Below are positions 24,301 through 37,733 of a stretch of 64,000 bases of DNA, piece after piece. The position numbers and the translations under genes are program-made. Source of the DNA: Bugula neritina (taxonomy: Eukaryota > Animalia > Bryozoa). Numbering within the stretch: the first letter of the stretch is position 1; every line of letters starts with the position of its first letter. The notes beneath the pieces are model-generated. The model made no database searches. It was not told the DNA's origin and was given only the letters and a program-made list of their open reading frames with translations. The DNA is taken from the NCBI GenBank assembly GCA_964035545.1, contig OZ037766.1:8670722-8734721 (forward strand), written 5' to 3'.

Positions 24301-27300
24301 ATGCAGCCCGGTGGTAAGGACTTTTTTAGATTTCTCAACTGAAAACCAACCTGTATTATTTATAGCCATGTGATATGTTTTAAATGGCAGATATGATGTT
24401 GCATGTTTAGTCATGTTGTGTAAGTTATGTAATTCAATTTTGATTTACAGCTGAAAGCAGAGCTATAAAACAACGTTAACAAAATTACTTACAGTTTATT
24501 TTTATGAGTTATAATTTCGAGAGTATGCAGTGTTAGTTACAGCTATGAGTATGCAATGCTAGTTATGACTATGAGTATGCAATGCCAGTTATGACTATGA
24601 GTATGCAATGCTAGTTATGACTATAAGTATGCAATGCTAGTTATGACTATGAGTATGCAATGCCAGTTATGACTATGAGTATGCAATGCTAGTTATGACT
24701 ATAAGTATGCAAAGCTAGTTAAAAGTCAGGGCAAATCAAATCAAGTCTATAGCAAACCAAGTCAAGTCACTCCTTCCACAGTAAAATTCAACCCGGTCAA
24801 GCTGTAACATGAGTGAGTCAATTTGAATTGACTTGTAAGTTTTTCATCTTTTATAAATATTGTAATATGTATTTTTAAATATAGCAACATCTAAAACTAA
24901 TTACAATGCTTGAGTTTGAGTGAATTTACTTATCATGAAGATATGCACATTAGAAAGTGGAGCTTTTACTATAAGAGGACAAAGTGGGTTATGATTACAC
25001 TACAGAAACGTAAAGATGCTCTTCTCAGTTGTTTGTATTTCCCTGTAATTTAGTTTATACTGTTACAACCTACTACACTTTCTTTTGTTTCTCGCTAGGT
25101 GACTAAGACTTTTAAATGCAGTGTAAAGCTTAATATTTATAATTAACAGTCTAAATTATAGGGATAGAAATCACTTGCATTGGACAGTTTACTGGAAGGT
25201 TATGTAGAGTTATGCAGTTGTTTGTAATACATGAGAATGATATTGCTTGTTATTCAAAAGATTAGCATCTTGCTGCTGAGTTGGTTCCAATATTCTTTTA
25301 TTGTTTCCTTTATTCTTGTAGATCCATTAGCAGCTATTCAACAATGGAAAAGAGATAGTAAGTTTTAGAGTCTAATTTCATTTTGTTTGATTTTAAAATC
25401 TTATGGATTGGAGAATAAGCCCACCCAGTTAGCAAGTGGGTGTTTATTCAGGATTACTAGCAATGTTGTGTTGCAAGTTCTATTAAATATAGTTTTCCTC
25501 TAAAACTCAGAGTTTACTGTTAGAGATAAATTATAGTAGCATAATTATACAGCCTACAGCACACCATTCGTATGAGAGAGCTGGTAAAAATAAATAGTTT
25601 GTTATGCCCTGAGGCATAATTTTGAATCTTTTGCTTTGGTCTTTTTCTGTATCAGTTTATACAAGCTTTTACTTTGTTTGTAGTCTACTACATACAGCTA
25701 CAAGCACCAAAACCAAAGAAAATTGAATGCCATATTGACGTGAGTAACTTTTTTGCGTCATAATAACTGATATATGTTAAGTTTATTATTTAGTGAAAAC
25801 ATGATGCATATAAAATGTTCTTAGAAAAAAACTGTTCTTATACTTCGTTTATGTGGGAAAGGAAATCCATGACACTCATGAAGCCATATTTTGTACAATT
25901 ATCTGATATACTTTCATTGCAATTCCTGATAGAAGCTTCACAGCACATACCAGTAAATTTATAATGATTATTGTAAAATATAACAGTTAGATGCCGGTCT
26001 TGTTCATGTAACTTTCTGTACCTGGAGACAATAAGCCAGCAAATCTGGGGTCATTCTTAAAAGTTGTTGATTAATTGGAGGGGAAAAGCTGTTGAGGGGG
26101 ATTTTGAAATGATGTACTGGAGTGATACTTTTTTAGCTTTGATTGTCTTCTCTATAGATCCAAAACTATTTGTCTTAGAAGACATGAGTATATGTTGATG
26201 ATTTTAAATCTTTAGAAGCTCAATATGTACTTCTGCAGTTATTTATGTAGAAGTTTGTTTTACGGTGGCTTGACACTGTATAATATAATACATTATGCTA
26301 TCTTAATGGAATATTTCGTACTGTACCGTAAAATGCAACTCAACATAGCAAGTAGTGTGAGCATATTTTACACAGACCACATATGCTTCATGTATCTAAG
26401 TAAATGCTCTTACAATATCTAGCTGGTTTGTGGGACTAATTTTAAAATCAATATACATGTGCTGATGTAGTCTACTGTATGTATTATGGTATTTTTTGAT
26501 ATTGCTGCTCCCTGCTATTGGACTGAATGTAGATATTTTGCTAAAGGCAGCATGTTATATGGAAGCCTAATGGCTCATTATTTGCAGTGTTTCACAGGTT
26601 CAGTAGCTAATAAATTGAAATAACTTGTAGTAACTGAAAATAAAATATGCATTGCAGCTTTATTTCTTTTACTGTTTGATTTAGGCCTTCTCCATTCACT
26701 CATATTAACTATTGTTTGGCATAATGTTATCTACATAAAGTCCTACAAAGAATAGAGATTCACTATTGCTATTATTGGTAACTAAAATCAAACTATTTTT
26801 TTAAAATATTGACTATTTGCTATGATTTTTTATATTTTGCAGATTCCAAGTCGACCAGTCTTCTATGGAAAAGAGTAAGTGCTGATGACTAATGCTCTAG
26901 TCAGTGTAACTTTCTACCTACTTACATAGTTTTAAAAGTCTTTTTCTAGTCTATTTTAAACTTTATAACTCTTAGAAATTATGAGGGTGACCACCAAACC
27001 CCTCCGCCAACAAACCTAGCACAGGCAAAGGTTTGTTTTTCACCTACATACTAATCATGCATCATTGAATAGTTCCTAGGCAATCGTTTTGAAGAACGTA
27101 GCAGTTTTTCTGATAGTCTATTCCAGTTGTTGCACAGTATAAACTGCAAAATAATTAGTAAGAAAGTTTTTTTTACCCCAACTCACAAAATAAAGTTTTT
27201 TTTGCAACTTAGGTTTCGTATTTTGTTTTTATTTTGTAACAGCAACAATCTACACCATTTCTTATTTGCAAGTTCTTAAAGAAAAAAAATACTAGAAGTT

Positions 27301-30020
27301 ACTAAATGATTGTAGAAACTGGGTATTCCTGTTTCTAAAAGCCCTAACTGAGATAGGACTGAAAAATTCACACTTATTTATGGTAACTGAGTTTAGTTGA
27401 ACTGTATTTTGAAAACTTTAAAGATGGTTTGCAAGAATTTATGCTGTGGATGGCAAAGAAGGATAGTGATATGTAGTTGCTATATTGGCCATGATCTTAG
27501 TCACCTTTCCGTACTATAATATTTTAGTGGTTTAGTCAGTTGTAAAGTATATAGACAGCTTACAGAACTTTATCTTATTCATAGTCGCTAAGAAGTAGTT
27601 TTACTCTTGAGGCTAATAGATAAATTTACTCTAATGGTGTATGCCTGTCGTATTTACTGCAGGTTTAAACACTGGTTCATTTATAATTGAAGTGATGTAT
27701 AGGAAAATTCTATTTCAGTCGCCATCATGTATTAATGCACCAGCATTGCCCATCATCAGCTGGTATTGAAATTTGAGAATGCTTTTATCAAGTTAAATAT
27801 TTTAGAGCACATGTGCAACCAGCAGTTGGAAATTATGATTGAGCTATCTGAAATATTATCTGCTGTGCCAGCAGCATAGTTTGCGATGGTTTTATTTTCA
27901 CAGAATGCTAATTTGTGACACACTGGGTTGAAACTGGCTCTGAAGTTTCTCAATATCTTGTTATTTAGTAACTTAAATTGATACACAGTTTCAATGTTTA
28001 CAGCACTAACTAAACTTTTAGGATACATGTTTTTAAAGATGTCAATTTGAGTTAGTTGTATTTTACTAGAACCATTATATAATAGTTATTGGAAAATTGT
28101 GTGTGAAATATTTGACGAAAAAGTGTTGAAATTGCTATTTCAGTGTTTATTCCCATGTTCCGGAGGAAATTTGTCATTTATCATAAAGGCGTGTTATTTG
28201 AGTATGCTTATGTTTTTTAAATATTCTCTTGTCCATGTAAATATGTTCACATATTATCAAAAAGAAAGTAGTTACTAAAAATTGTATAAGAATTTTTACT
28301 TGCTATTGACACTGTTGGGATTAGCAATAAGTATACCAATATTTTGATTAAAAAGAAAATTTTAATACCACATTTGAGCAATTAAGTTTAAAATTAAGGG
28401 ATTGTTATGAATTTTGTTTGTTCGAAAATGTTCTTAAGTACCATCATAATTGTCATCGCTACAGCCAGGATATTATCAATTGTGATTTTATCCTTTAGAT
28501 TTCATGGGGAGATAAGCAGGCATGAAGCTGATGAATTACTCCTATCAGATGGGTGTTATCTGGTTAGAGAGAGCCAAAGAAATCCTGGTTGCTACACTCT
28601 AGCTATTAGGTTAGCACTGCAGAACATTGTGTATTGTAAGAAGTTTTAGTTTGGAGTTGTGTCCACTTGCTTGTTTCTACTGGTGGTACTTAAAAGTGGT
28701 TGATATTGCAAGTATGTTAAATATTGCTTATCCAACAGGCATTGAGCTTCTGAAACGTGATGATAAGATGAGTAGTGTGTAATGTGTATACAATTACCAT
28801 ACTAATATTCAATGGCATTCTTTGATTAACAAGTAATATAACTTTTATTAAACTGAAGTTTCAACTGCTTATGAAAATAAATAAGGGACATTTTCTACTG
28901 CTTGTAAATATTCTAATCTTCATGTGATGTCATTTGCATTAATTTCTATAAATTTGAGCTTCAACTGCTATAGCATGACTACATATCTGCACAAGAAATC
29001 TATGATGTGTCTCAGCATTGAGAATGTTGTGGGTGTAGGTTTGAGAATGCCACAAAGAATTACAAGCTATACTATGATGTGAATCTACAGCAGCATTATG
29101 TTGGAGATAAATACTTTGATAACCTGGATGACCTGGTGGCTGATGGCCTCATCTGTTTCTATGTCCACTTGAAAGCTCCGGGTTACATAGCTTCCATGAA
29201 CACTGGAGATGACTCACACTATGATGAGTCACCATATATGAGGTACTCACTTCAGTTGTCTCCCTTCATCAACTGCTGCAGACATGCCTGTGTTGGTGTT
29301 ATTCACTCATTTTGGAGTTTATTGGCCAATTGTAATGTTGCACTGCATGTTTCATATGTATTACATTGCTTATATTTGCTGTTTTCCGTAATCAGTGAAA
29401 CATCTGTTCTAAGAACAATACGTTTTTTCTAGCATTTAATCAACTGTTATTATATTTTTTTAGCCAAAAATGATCTTTACCTGTTCAGATGTTCCTTTAT
29501 TAATCCTCATTCTGTGGTTGTTCTGCGTGCCGTGTATTACAATATAGCACCGTACTGTAGATATCGTAATGATATGATGACCAGGAGAACTAGTCGCCCC
29601 ACTTTAGTTGGTACAAGATCACAATCTCCCGCAGCCCAGGCCTCCGCATCATCACAGCTGTCACATCAATCAACCTTCCACCAATCACCCCCTTCTATTC
29701 CCACACAGCCTCCCCACAAACCACAGTCACCCCACCGGCGATCCTCACAGCTGCCTGGCAGACACCTAGCGGCAGCAGGCATAGGTGCTCCTGTCCTACC
29801 ACCTCGTAGTAGTGTTTTTAACGGCAGCGTTGGAGTACCGGTAAGTGTTATATTCTTTGTGTGTTATTACGTACCTACAGGTTGAGATTTGCACTGACTG
29901 CGTGTTGTATCACTTATGTCTAGTTCTTGGTGTTGTTTTTCATAAAACTGTCCTAATAGAATCAAGTTAATCAGAGTCTGAAAGAACAGTCTACTGTTAT
30001 TCAATCAACCAATCAATCAA

Positions 30021-30065
<45 letters not shown>

Positions 30066-33000
30066 TGTATGTTTTCATACAAATAAAATATTTTCTGTTT
30101 AGGCTCTGAGATGTTTGTTTGGTTTATTTTTGCTCTTAGATTCTGGTGATGTGCTCAGCCTGTGTTCAGAAATACTCATCTGTAATCTATTTGTATGTCT
30201 GCTTGTATAGATTCTAGGAAAGAGTGCACATTCTCATTAGGAATATAAATTCTTTGTGGTCATTACTCCTTTGTAGGCTTCCTTTTCTAAACTTATGACG
30301 TCTTACACTGTATTGAAACGTGAACCGAAACCGATTATTGTAAGGGTACAGATTTATGACATTTTGTATTTCTAATATTTTACTTAGAGCTTGTTTCACT
30401 TTTGCACCGCTTAAGAATTTGTTATTCGCTAACAATCTCTTCTGGGTTTTGTCAAAATTGCAATGCGTTTCAATTCACCTTTGATGACCTTCTTTCGTGT
30501 ACAGTTACAGAGTTGTCCACTATTCACCTGTAAGCTTTAGTCTTGTTGCCCTAACTGTGGCACTAACCATCTTATTTTACCTGTTTCAATTTTTCTGAAA
30601 TTCAAAAACTGGTTTAACTCACTTTCAGTTGTCAACGATTTGAAATATGCTTGTGAAATTAAAACCTAAATTAGTCAAAATTGTTTCAACGAGTTATTCT
30701 ATTGTATTCACCTACTCTTCGGTTTTTTTTATTTACATGTATAATTCTATTTGTTTGAAGATTTTTCATAGCAATACAGCATAATATTAAATTGAACTAA
30801 AATTCTTATATCTCCACCTTTATTTGACAGGCTAGCTTACTCAGGCTTATGCATGTTTTGAACTTAAAATAAAATAAGACTTAAAATTAGTGTATTTGGT
30901 AGTTTATTATATTCACAGGTTTGTTTTTAGTTTATAATATTTGCCAAATTGAATTCTATTTAATATTAAGTAGACAGCTTAACTGGTCTAAGCTATTTGG
31001 TAACAATTCTTTCTACCCTTCACCTCAGTTACGCCTTCTTCTGTAACCTCAGAGTATGTTGCTATAGTGTTGAAATGTAAAAGGTTTGGTTACAATTGTC
31101 CTGTAGGTGGGGAGGCATATAGAGAGTGTAGAGTGTATAGAGCTTTAGTGCACCTAACCCTTAATTTCTATTACCTTATTGTCTATGCTTACTGACTCTA
31201 AAGTTTTCAGTAAATAAAATTATAACTTTTGTTTTTGATTAATAAAGTTTGCTTTGATATTACTGATTCACTGTTTTAACAACAGTTATTAGATGGTATC
31301 ATAAACACCTTGCAAAGGAGCTAACCAATCCACTAACACTATTGTTAACAAACCATTGTTTTATTTCTATTCTGTTTGTTGTGTATCTGCATTGTTGGGC
31401 TTGTCTGCTATAATAGCATTAAGTTACACTACTCTCGCCATTGTTGACATCATGATCTATAAATGATTTCGGAGCATTTTTTGCGTTATAAATAAATGTG
31501 GAGTGTATTTAAAACTACTTTGCATCGTAGTGGAGGACTAATAATGTAAAGTTGAAGGCTCACATACACTACCATGTTATAGTGTAGGGCTTCTTTACAT
31601 TGCTGGTTATAGTGGCGCTCAGCAATAAGATACGAAGGTCAAGGTAACTATTAGTCTTTCCGTGATCTGACTATTCTATTGGCTGTTTCAGCCTCCCACG
31701 CCCACCACCGAACCTCCTGCGCGGAGGTTGAGCAGTGACGGGCTCGACGGACCTAGATTCATCCCTTCTGGTAAACAGGCTGGCGACTGGATGGATATAA
31801 TGCAGCAAGAAAAGACTCACAACTTCAAGGTATGCTACTGTACATGAAACAACATACGCAAGTATGTTCATTTTTGATAGTAAAATGATGATTATGATAT
31901 GCATCCATCTTTTAAATTTCTTATGTAGCAGTAATGATGATACTGCTACATAAGAAACTATAAAAACACATAAACTAAATTTAAGTAGTCTATCTGCTAT
32001 AGTGTTGCTAACTACACATTTGTATTATAGAGTAGATATTGCTATTATTTTCTCTCTATTTCTTGTTACACAGAAGCTTAGATAGTGTAGCAGTAGATGT
32101 CTCATATTTAACTAAATTATACTTGTGGTTGTAGACAACTACATTCAAGTCGTTAGCCAACTGCTGGTGTGAGTTCTGTTTCCACTTCATGTGGGGATTA
32201 ATACAGCAAGGAGTAGAATGTCAAGGTGAGCTACTGCCCACACACCTCTAGAAGTAGCTGACCTTTTCCTCTGGTTTTTATCACAGGGTGGAAACTTGGT
32301 TCATTTTCAAACTTAAAATTGTTGTACTGTAAAATTCAATTAGAAACATATGCTGTGGTGTTGAGTTGGTTATAAGTTAGATTTTATCATTGCAAGTTTG
32401 CATTTTTTTGCAGTGCTGATGCTGTATCAGTGGTTCTTCAGTGAAGAACTTGTTTTTGGCATAATATAACTAATAACTGCTCTGGATATAATTGCTCTCA
32501 ATAGTTAGTGATGGTATTGCATTTAATTGTCCACACAATTGAATTGAAAAAAATCAGAACAGTTGTAACTGTTGGTTAGTCCAACACTAGTATGCTCTAT
32601 GCAATGCAGCATATTATCTATGTGGTTTATATATCATGTGAGAAAAGACAACTCTCAAGCTTGTTAATATTTAACCTGTACATAATTATGTTATGGCAAT
32701 TGGCAAGTGAATATTTTTAACTGTATTTGGTTTGTTATAAGCATTCATTGTAAAGAGTGTTAAAACATGATGTTACAAGTAATAGTGCTAATATTATACA
32801 TATTATATGTATATTTTATTGAAATGCTCTTGATAACTTTGCAGATTGTGGGTTTAGAGCTCATAAGAAGTGCTCAGAGAAGCTGCCAAATGATTGTATG
32901 CCTACTATGAAGAAGTTGAAGAGAATGTTTGGCCTTGACCTCACTACGCTGCTGAAAGCCACTAACAAGTCAATACCTTATGTGGTTGAGAAATGCATAG

Positions 33001-35701
33001 AAGAAATAGAAAATAGAGGTGTGTGGGCCAAATATTATTATTTACTAATGCATCATATAAGTGCATATATATTTTATATTTATTTATAGTATGCCACACG
33101 AAATACTTGTTTATTGAGTTAGTTATCAAAGTTGACAGCTATTTTGCTGTTTATTTCAGTTTTGAAATGCGGTTTGCTTTAGGTATGCATTATGAGGGAC
33201 TGTACAGAGTGGCTGGGTTCCATGACCATATAGAAGAAATTAGAAAAGCATTTGATCTTGGTGAGAAGTTTATATTGTGGAGTTATTTAGTGCTGCAAGT
33301 ATTCAAATAAACACAGGAACCTACTGTATGAGATGTAAATAGTATACTAGTAGCATGCCTATAGCTTGCATGTGCTGTGTAACAGTAAGATATTTGGTTA
33401 GCAAGATTATTGGAGGTTTTAGTAGCAAAAGTTGTAATATGAAACTTGCGACACATTTTTACACAAGTTTGTTTCCTGATAGCTTTCTTTGGCATTATTC
33501 TTGTTGAATAAAATCAGCTCAGGCCAACATCCATTTATTCGCTAAATGGTCATGTGTGACAGCAGGTTGTGTACGTTGCTGACCTTTGTTGTAGATGGTG
33601 ATGCCGACATCACTGAGCATGGTTATGAAGACATAGCCACCATCACTAGTGTGCTCAAACTCTTTTTCAGACAGTTGCCTGTCCCACTGATCACATTTGA
33701 AGTTTATCCTAAACTCACAGCCGCAGGTAATTGTTTCGGTAATGCTTCAACAGTTTCAACCAACCATCAGCTTGTAAAATTCTAAAAAAAACATTTTTTT
33801 CAGCAACAGTTAATGAAAAAAGGCTTCAAACATTTTTTGACTTTGCTCTATAAGTTAATGTGCTGCTACAGTTAGTGAGCACAATAGATTTGACAGCAAA
33901 AGACCTTCTCTACTACCAGCTCATATATTCACTATGGTAATTACGGAGATGCTGTATCTATGCCTGCTGGTAACTTGGATGCTGTTAAATGGAGGAGATC
34001 TTGAAGGCATCTAACAGCAACCTCATGTATTTCAGTTTTTAATCTGTAGTTTCCTGTTTGAATGTATATGAGGGCGTATTGGTGTTTGAAAAATTCAAAA
34101 AATTTGAATGTTTCTCTATGTGCTGTATGTGTAGATGAAAGCCAACAGAACGCACAGATATAAAGCAAGAGAATTGTATTTTATATTGTTGCTGTTGAAG
34201 CAAGATTTTAAACTGGAAATACTTTACTTAAGTAATTAATAATCTATTGTGATCAATCAACTTCAATTAATGGAATGTTTATAATGTGTAATGCCATTCA
34301 TGTGATAACGTATAAGGGTGGTGTATTTAGCTACCAGTATTAATGTAACAGAGATGGCAACATTTCGAGTTGAACAATAACTAGCCATTGAAGAATCCTG
34401 GTTTTACAAGAATCCTGGTTTTACAACATATTTTATCTTGCTTTTACTGTAGATTTTTAAAAACATCATTTTCACTATGGAAACTTTAATTCTCCCCATA
34501 CATAGCATGACTATTTTCTAAAAAATTATTCGTGAAAGAAGTCAATCAACACAATTTTTCCTTTAAACTGTGAGGATTGATGGTCTATTTGATTATACTG
34601 TTAGTGATCAATGAGAGTAGCCTTGTTAGAGATGTACTCGTGGAGTTAAAGTCAGCGCTGATTCTCCTACCAACATCACACTTCCAGACACTCAAGTATC
34701 TTATATGTCATTTGAATAGGTGAGTTTATAGCAAGTATTTAATAGCAGTAGTAGTAGTTGTTGTTGTATAGTAGTACATTCGTAGTTGTAGTAATAGTTG
34801 TAATAGAAATAGTGGTAGTAGTAGTAGTTTTAGTAAGGGCAGTTGTAAAAATAGTAAAAGTCTCGAAAGAGTAATTACCACCTAGTTGCTCTGATCTAAG
34901 GGGTGGCTATTAATTTTTATGTATAATAAAACTTCTAATGCAACAGCCAACAACTACATTTGTGGTTTTAGTATTGCAATAAGTTTTTATGAATAAATAG
35001 ATATTGTTATAAAACTTCATAAATTTATTAGATTAACAATTAAAACAAATACTTGCTCATATAGATAGACTTGAGTAATCTCTAATACACTTGATTGGTG
35101 CAGTATTAAAATATTCATAAATATCTTAGCTATCATCTACAGACTGTTTCAAGGCTGTATGATCAAACAATTTTGTTTTATAAGCAATTATAAAACTAAA
35201 ACTAATCATTGCTGACTTTTATTGCATGCTACTTTTAGCTTCTGCAACATACAGCCTGCTTAGGCCTTAACATTTATTATGCAACAAAATTGTTTGAACA
35301 ATAAAATACAACAATTAAGCTAAAACGTAGTTTGATTAGAAGCCTTGGTTGAATTGGGCACGTGATCATTAACGATTGATACCTGTAATCATGGCACCAT
35401 TTGATGGATACTCTTTGGCCACAATCACTGTCTTATGTGGAGGTGTCATTGGGCCTTTCAGGTTGGGTTTGGCTCGAATTACCTCATCATGTGTAGAGTT
35501 TAATGCGATCTGCTGTTTTGTAGAGTGTCACTACTTCAGAATCAGAATATGATGTCTGCTGAAAATTTATCCATAATATTTGCACCAACTATACTCCAGT
35601 CCCCCCAGAGCGATCCCATATCTGCTATGACAATCGGCAAAGTGGAAGCACGTGCCATCGAAGCATTGATTGTCAACTACAGCGTTATATTTGAACGATA
35701 G
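24301..35701 (+). CDS. CHN1/CHN2: Chimaerin (SH2-C1-RhoGAP, Rac GAP), ~545 aa; exons 24301-24313, 25322-25357, 25684-25739, 26843-26874, 28499-28609, 29039-29242, 29561-29840, 31692-31829, 32135-32225, 32845-33018, 33183-33260, 33595-33726, 34605-34719, 35524-35701
   Basis: The spliced product has [45 protein letters not shown]...[18 protein letters not shown] (N-terminus and SH2), HNFK...[37 protein letters not shown] (C1), and EGLYRVAG / [12 protein letters not shown] / [15 protein letters not shown] (RhoGAP with arginine finger). 1638 nt in frame. AATAAA at ~36262. The first micro-exon is the least certain. Confidence 0.93.
24521..24720. repeat. 26-bp minisatellite, ~7.5 copies
   Basis: Unit GAGTATGCAATGCTAGTTATGACTAT in tandem within a chimaerin intron. 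Confidence 0.95.
30001..30065. repeat. (AATC)n microsatellite with AACC interruptions
   Basis: Directly visible. Confidence 0.95.
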
Positions 35702-37222
35702 TCAATATTTTCCATGTTATCAAATGGGTTTGGTGAATCACATGCTTTCTTTCATTTATTATCTGATACCAAATTTAACTTGGAACTTATTATTATACTT
35801 CTAAAAAGTTATTGTAATATGTGCAGTCAGCTGTTGATGGTATCACTGATAGTGCCTTTTTCTATCACTTTTTGGAATATTTTCTCAATTTATTAGCATC
35901 TAATTTCACCAAATAATTCAGCTTTCTTATTTTTTTCACATGCACTCATGAGCTGCTTTTAGTCAGTATTATGAGAAATTTGTTATTTTCAATTTACATA
36001 TTTATTATGTTTCTATCTGATGCTCACACTGCATAGTTTCAATTATTTGTTTGTATATTTTGATATTAGTAACTGTAATTATTATTAGTCTATGACAGTG
36101 GTTACCACTAGGTTATTTCAGCTATAAATTAATTGGATTATATTTATGCTCAAAAGGACAGCTTGTTGCCACACTGGTTGTAAAATATTGTTTTATTCTT
36201 ATCACTAGAAAAATTTGTTTATATTATTATTTATGTGCAGCATCTATGTAATGTTATAAGCAATAAAGTCCAATGAAATATATTCTGGTCTTAGCTGTTA
36301 CAATCAGACATGTAGTTTGCTCATTTTCTGTTAGACCATGCGGCATACGGGATTGTATGGGTACCACTACATCCCTGGTTATGTTGTTATGTTAGTTGTC
36401 ATTTTGATCTATTTTGATGTTCACGAATGAACTAAAAAAAGTCTAGTTCAGCGTTCATAGTAATAACAATAGTAGGGTGGTAGTAGTAGAGCCCTTCAAT
36501 AAAGAACCCATTAGATACCCAGCAACAAAATCATGATAATCTTGGAAGTCAATACCAGCAGCTTCAGTCGCATTCAAGCCACTTTCTTTGATTAGGTCTA
36601 TTCTAGATAATATAGTCAATGCTGAAGGAAAGAAGTCAAACAGTGAAGCTGAGAGTCCCAAGCGGGCGCGCGAGATCACTTGTGTTTTCCAGTCACCTTA
36701 AACAAGGAAAAGTGTTTTTAAAATAATTATGGTATAGTATATTTGTATCATAAAATACTTGAAGTAACTCCATTTTTGTGGTAGATGTGCCAAATTTTAA
36801 GTTAATATTGGGTAATGGTCAAATACTTGTGAATCAGTATCTGCAGCATAATTTGATGCTTGTGGAGATTCCTACAAATACACACTAACCACATATTCTA
36901 AGGGTGTCTGGGACACACCCCTGGTAATACACTGGGTGTATGTTTGTAACACTAGGCTATAGTTAATTAAAACTGCATAGGTAATTGGTAAATTTGACAG
37001 CTTCATTACTTACAGGAGGTGCCAAGACATTGGGAGTCGGTTGCTGGCTAGAAGCAAGCCATTGACTGCCAATCTTATTGAAGCATTGAATGAGATTGAT
37101 TTTGAGAGCCATAGACATCACTGCATAGACAGTAAGTATCTAAGACTTAATTTTATATTATCTTATATACATTATATATTAGATATTTATAAATATATAT
37201 AGAAATACACATATATGTAAAC

Positions 37223-37253
37223 GTGTGTGTGTGTGTGTGCGCGCGCGCGTGTG
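37223..37253. repeat. (GT)n(GC)n alternating purine-pyrimidine tract
   Basis: gtgtgtgtgtgtgtgtgcgcgcgcgcgtgtgt. Confidence 0.9.
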
Positions 37254-37733
37254 TCCGCCAAAAGTTGTTTTGAAGTAGACAGTGCTACTATTGTTGCTGC
37301 ACAGACATATTTACTTATTAATATAGCAATGTATAAATATTGTCGGAAACTGTTTCGAAATTTTAAAAGAAATGACTGATTGAGGTTATAGTGTACTATT
37401 TTATAATAAGTAAATGAACATTCTTCTGAAAGAAATATTATAAAGTGTATAACTTGTCAGAATCTAGAACGCAGGCTTTTCTCAATTTCTCAAATACTAC
37501 ACTTACCCCAAAATGCATTTCAATCATTTGTTAACGAGCTTCTTATATTGAATATTGTGTGTGTGTAAGAAAGTCTTATGCCAATAAAGCGAAGTGCAGT
37601 TATATTATAGCTCTTCCAATTTGTGAAAGTATAATATCTGATAAACTTCTTTTTCTAATACTGAACAATTTAAACATGTATTACTGAAAATTGCAGTCAG
37701 TGAAGCATATAACTGTAAAAGTTATAACAGAGT

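Noticed and set aside
24521-24720. CRISPR-like array
   Set aside because: Contiguous repeats with no unique spacers, in a eukaryotic intron with no cas genes.
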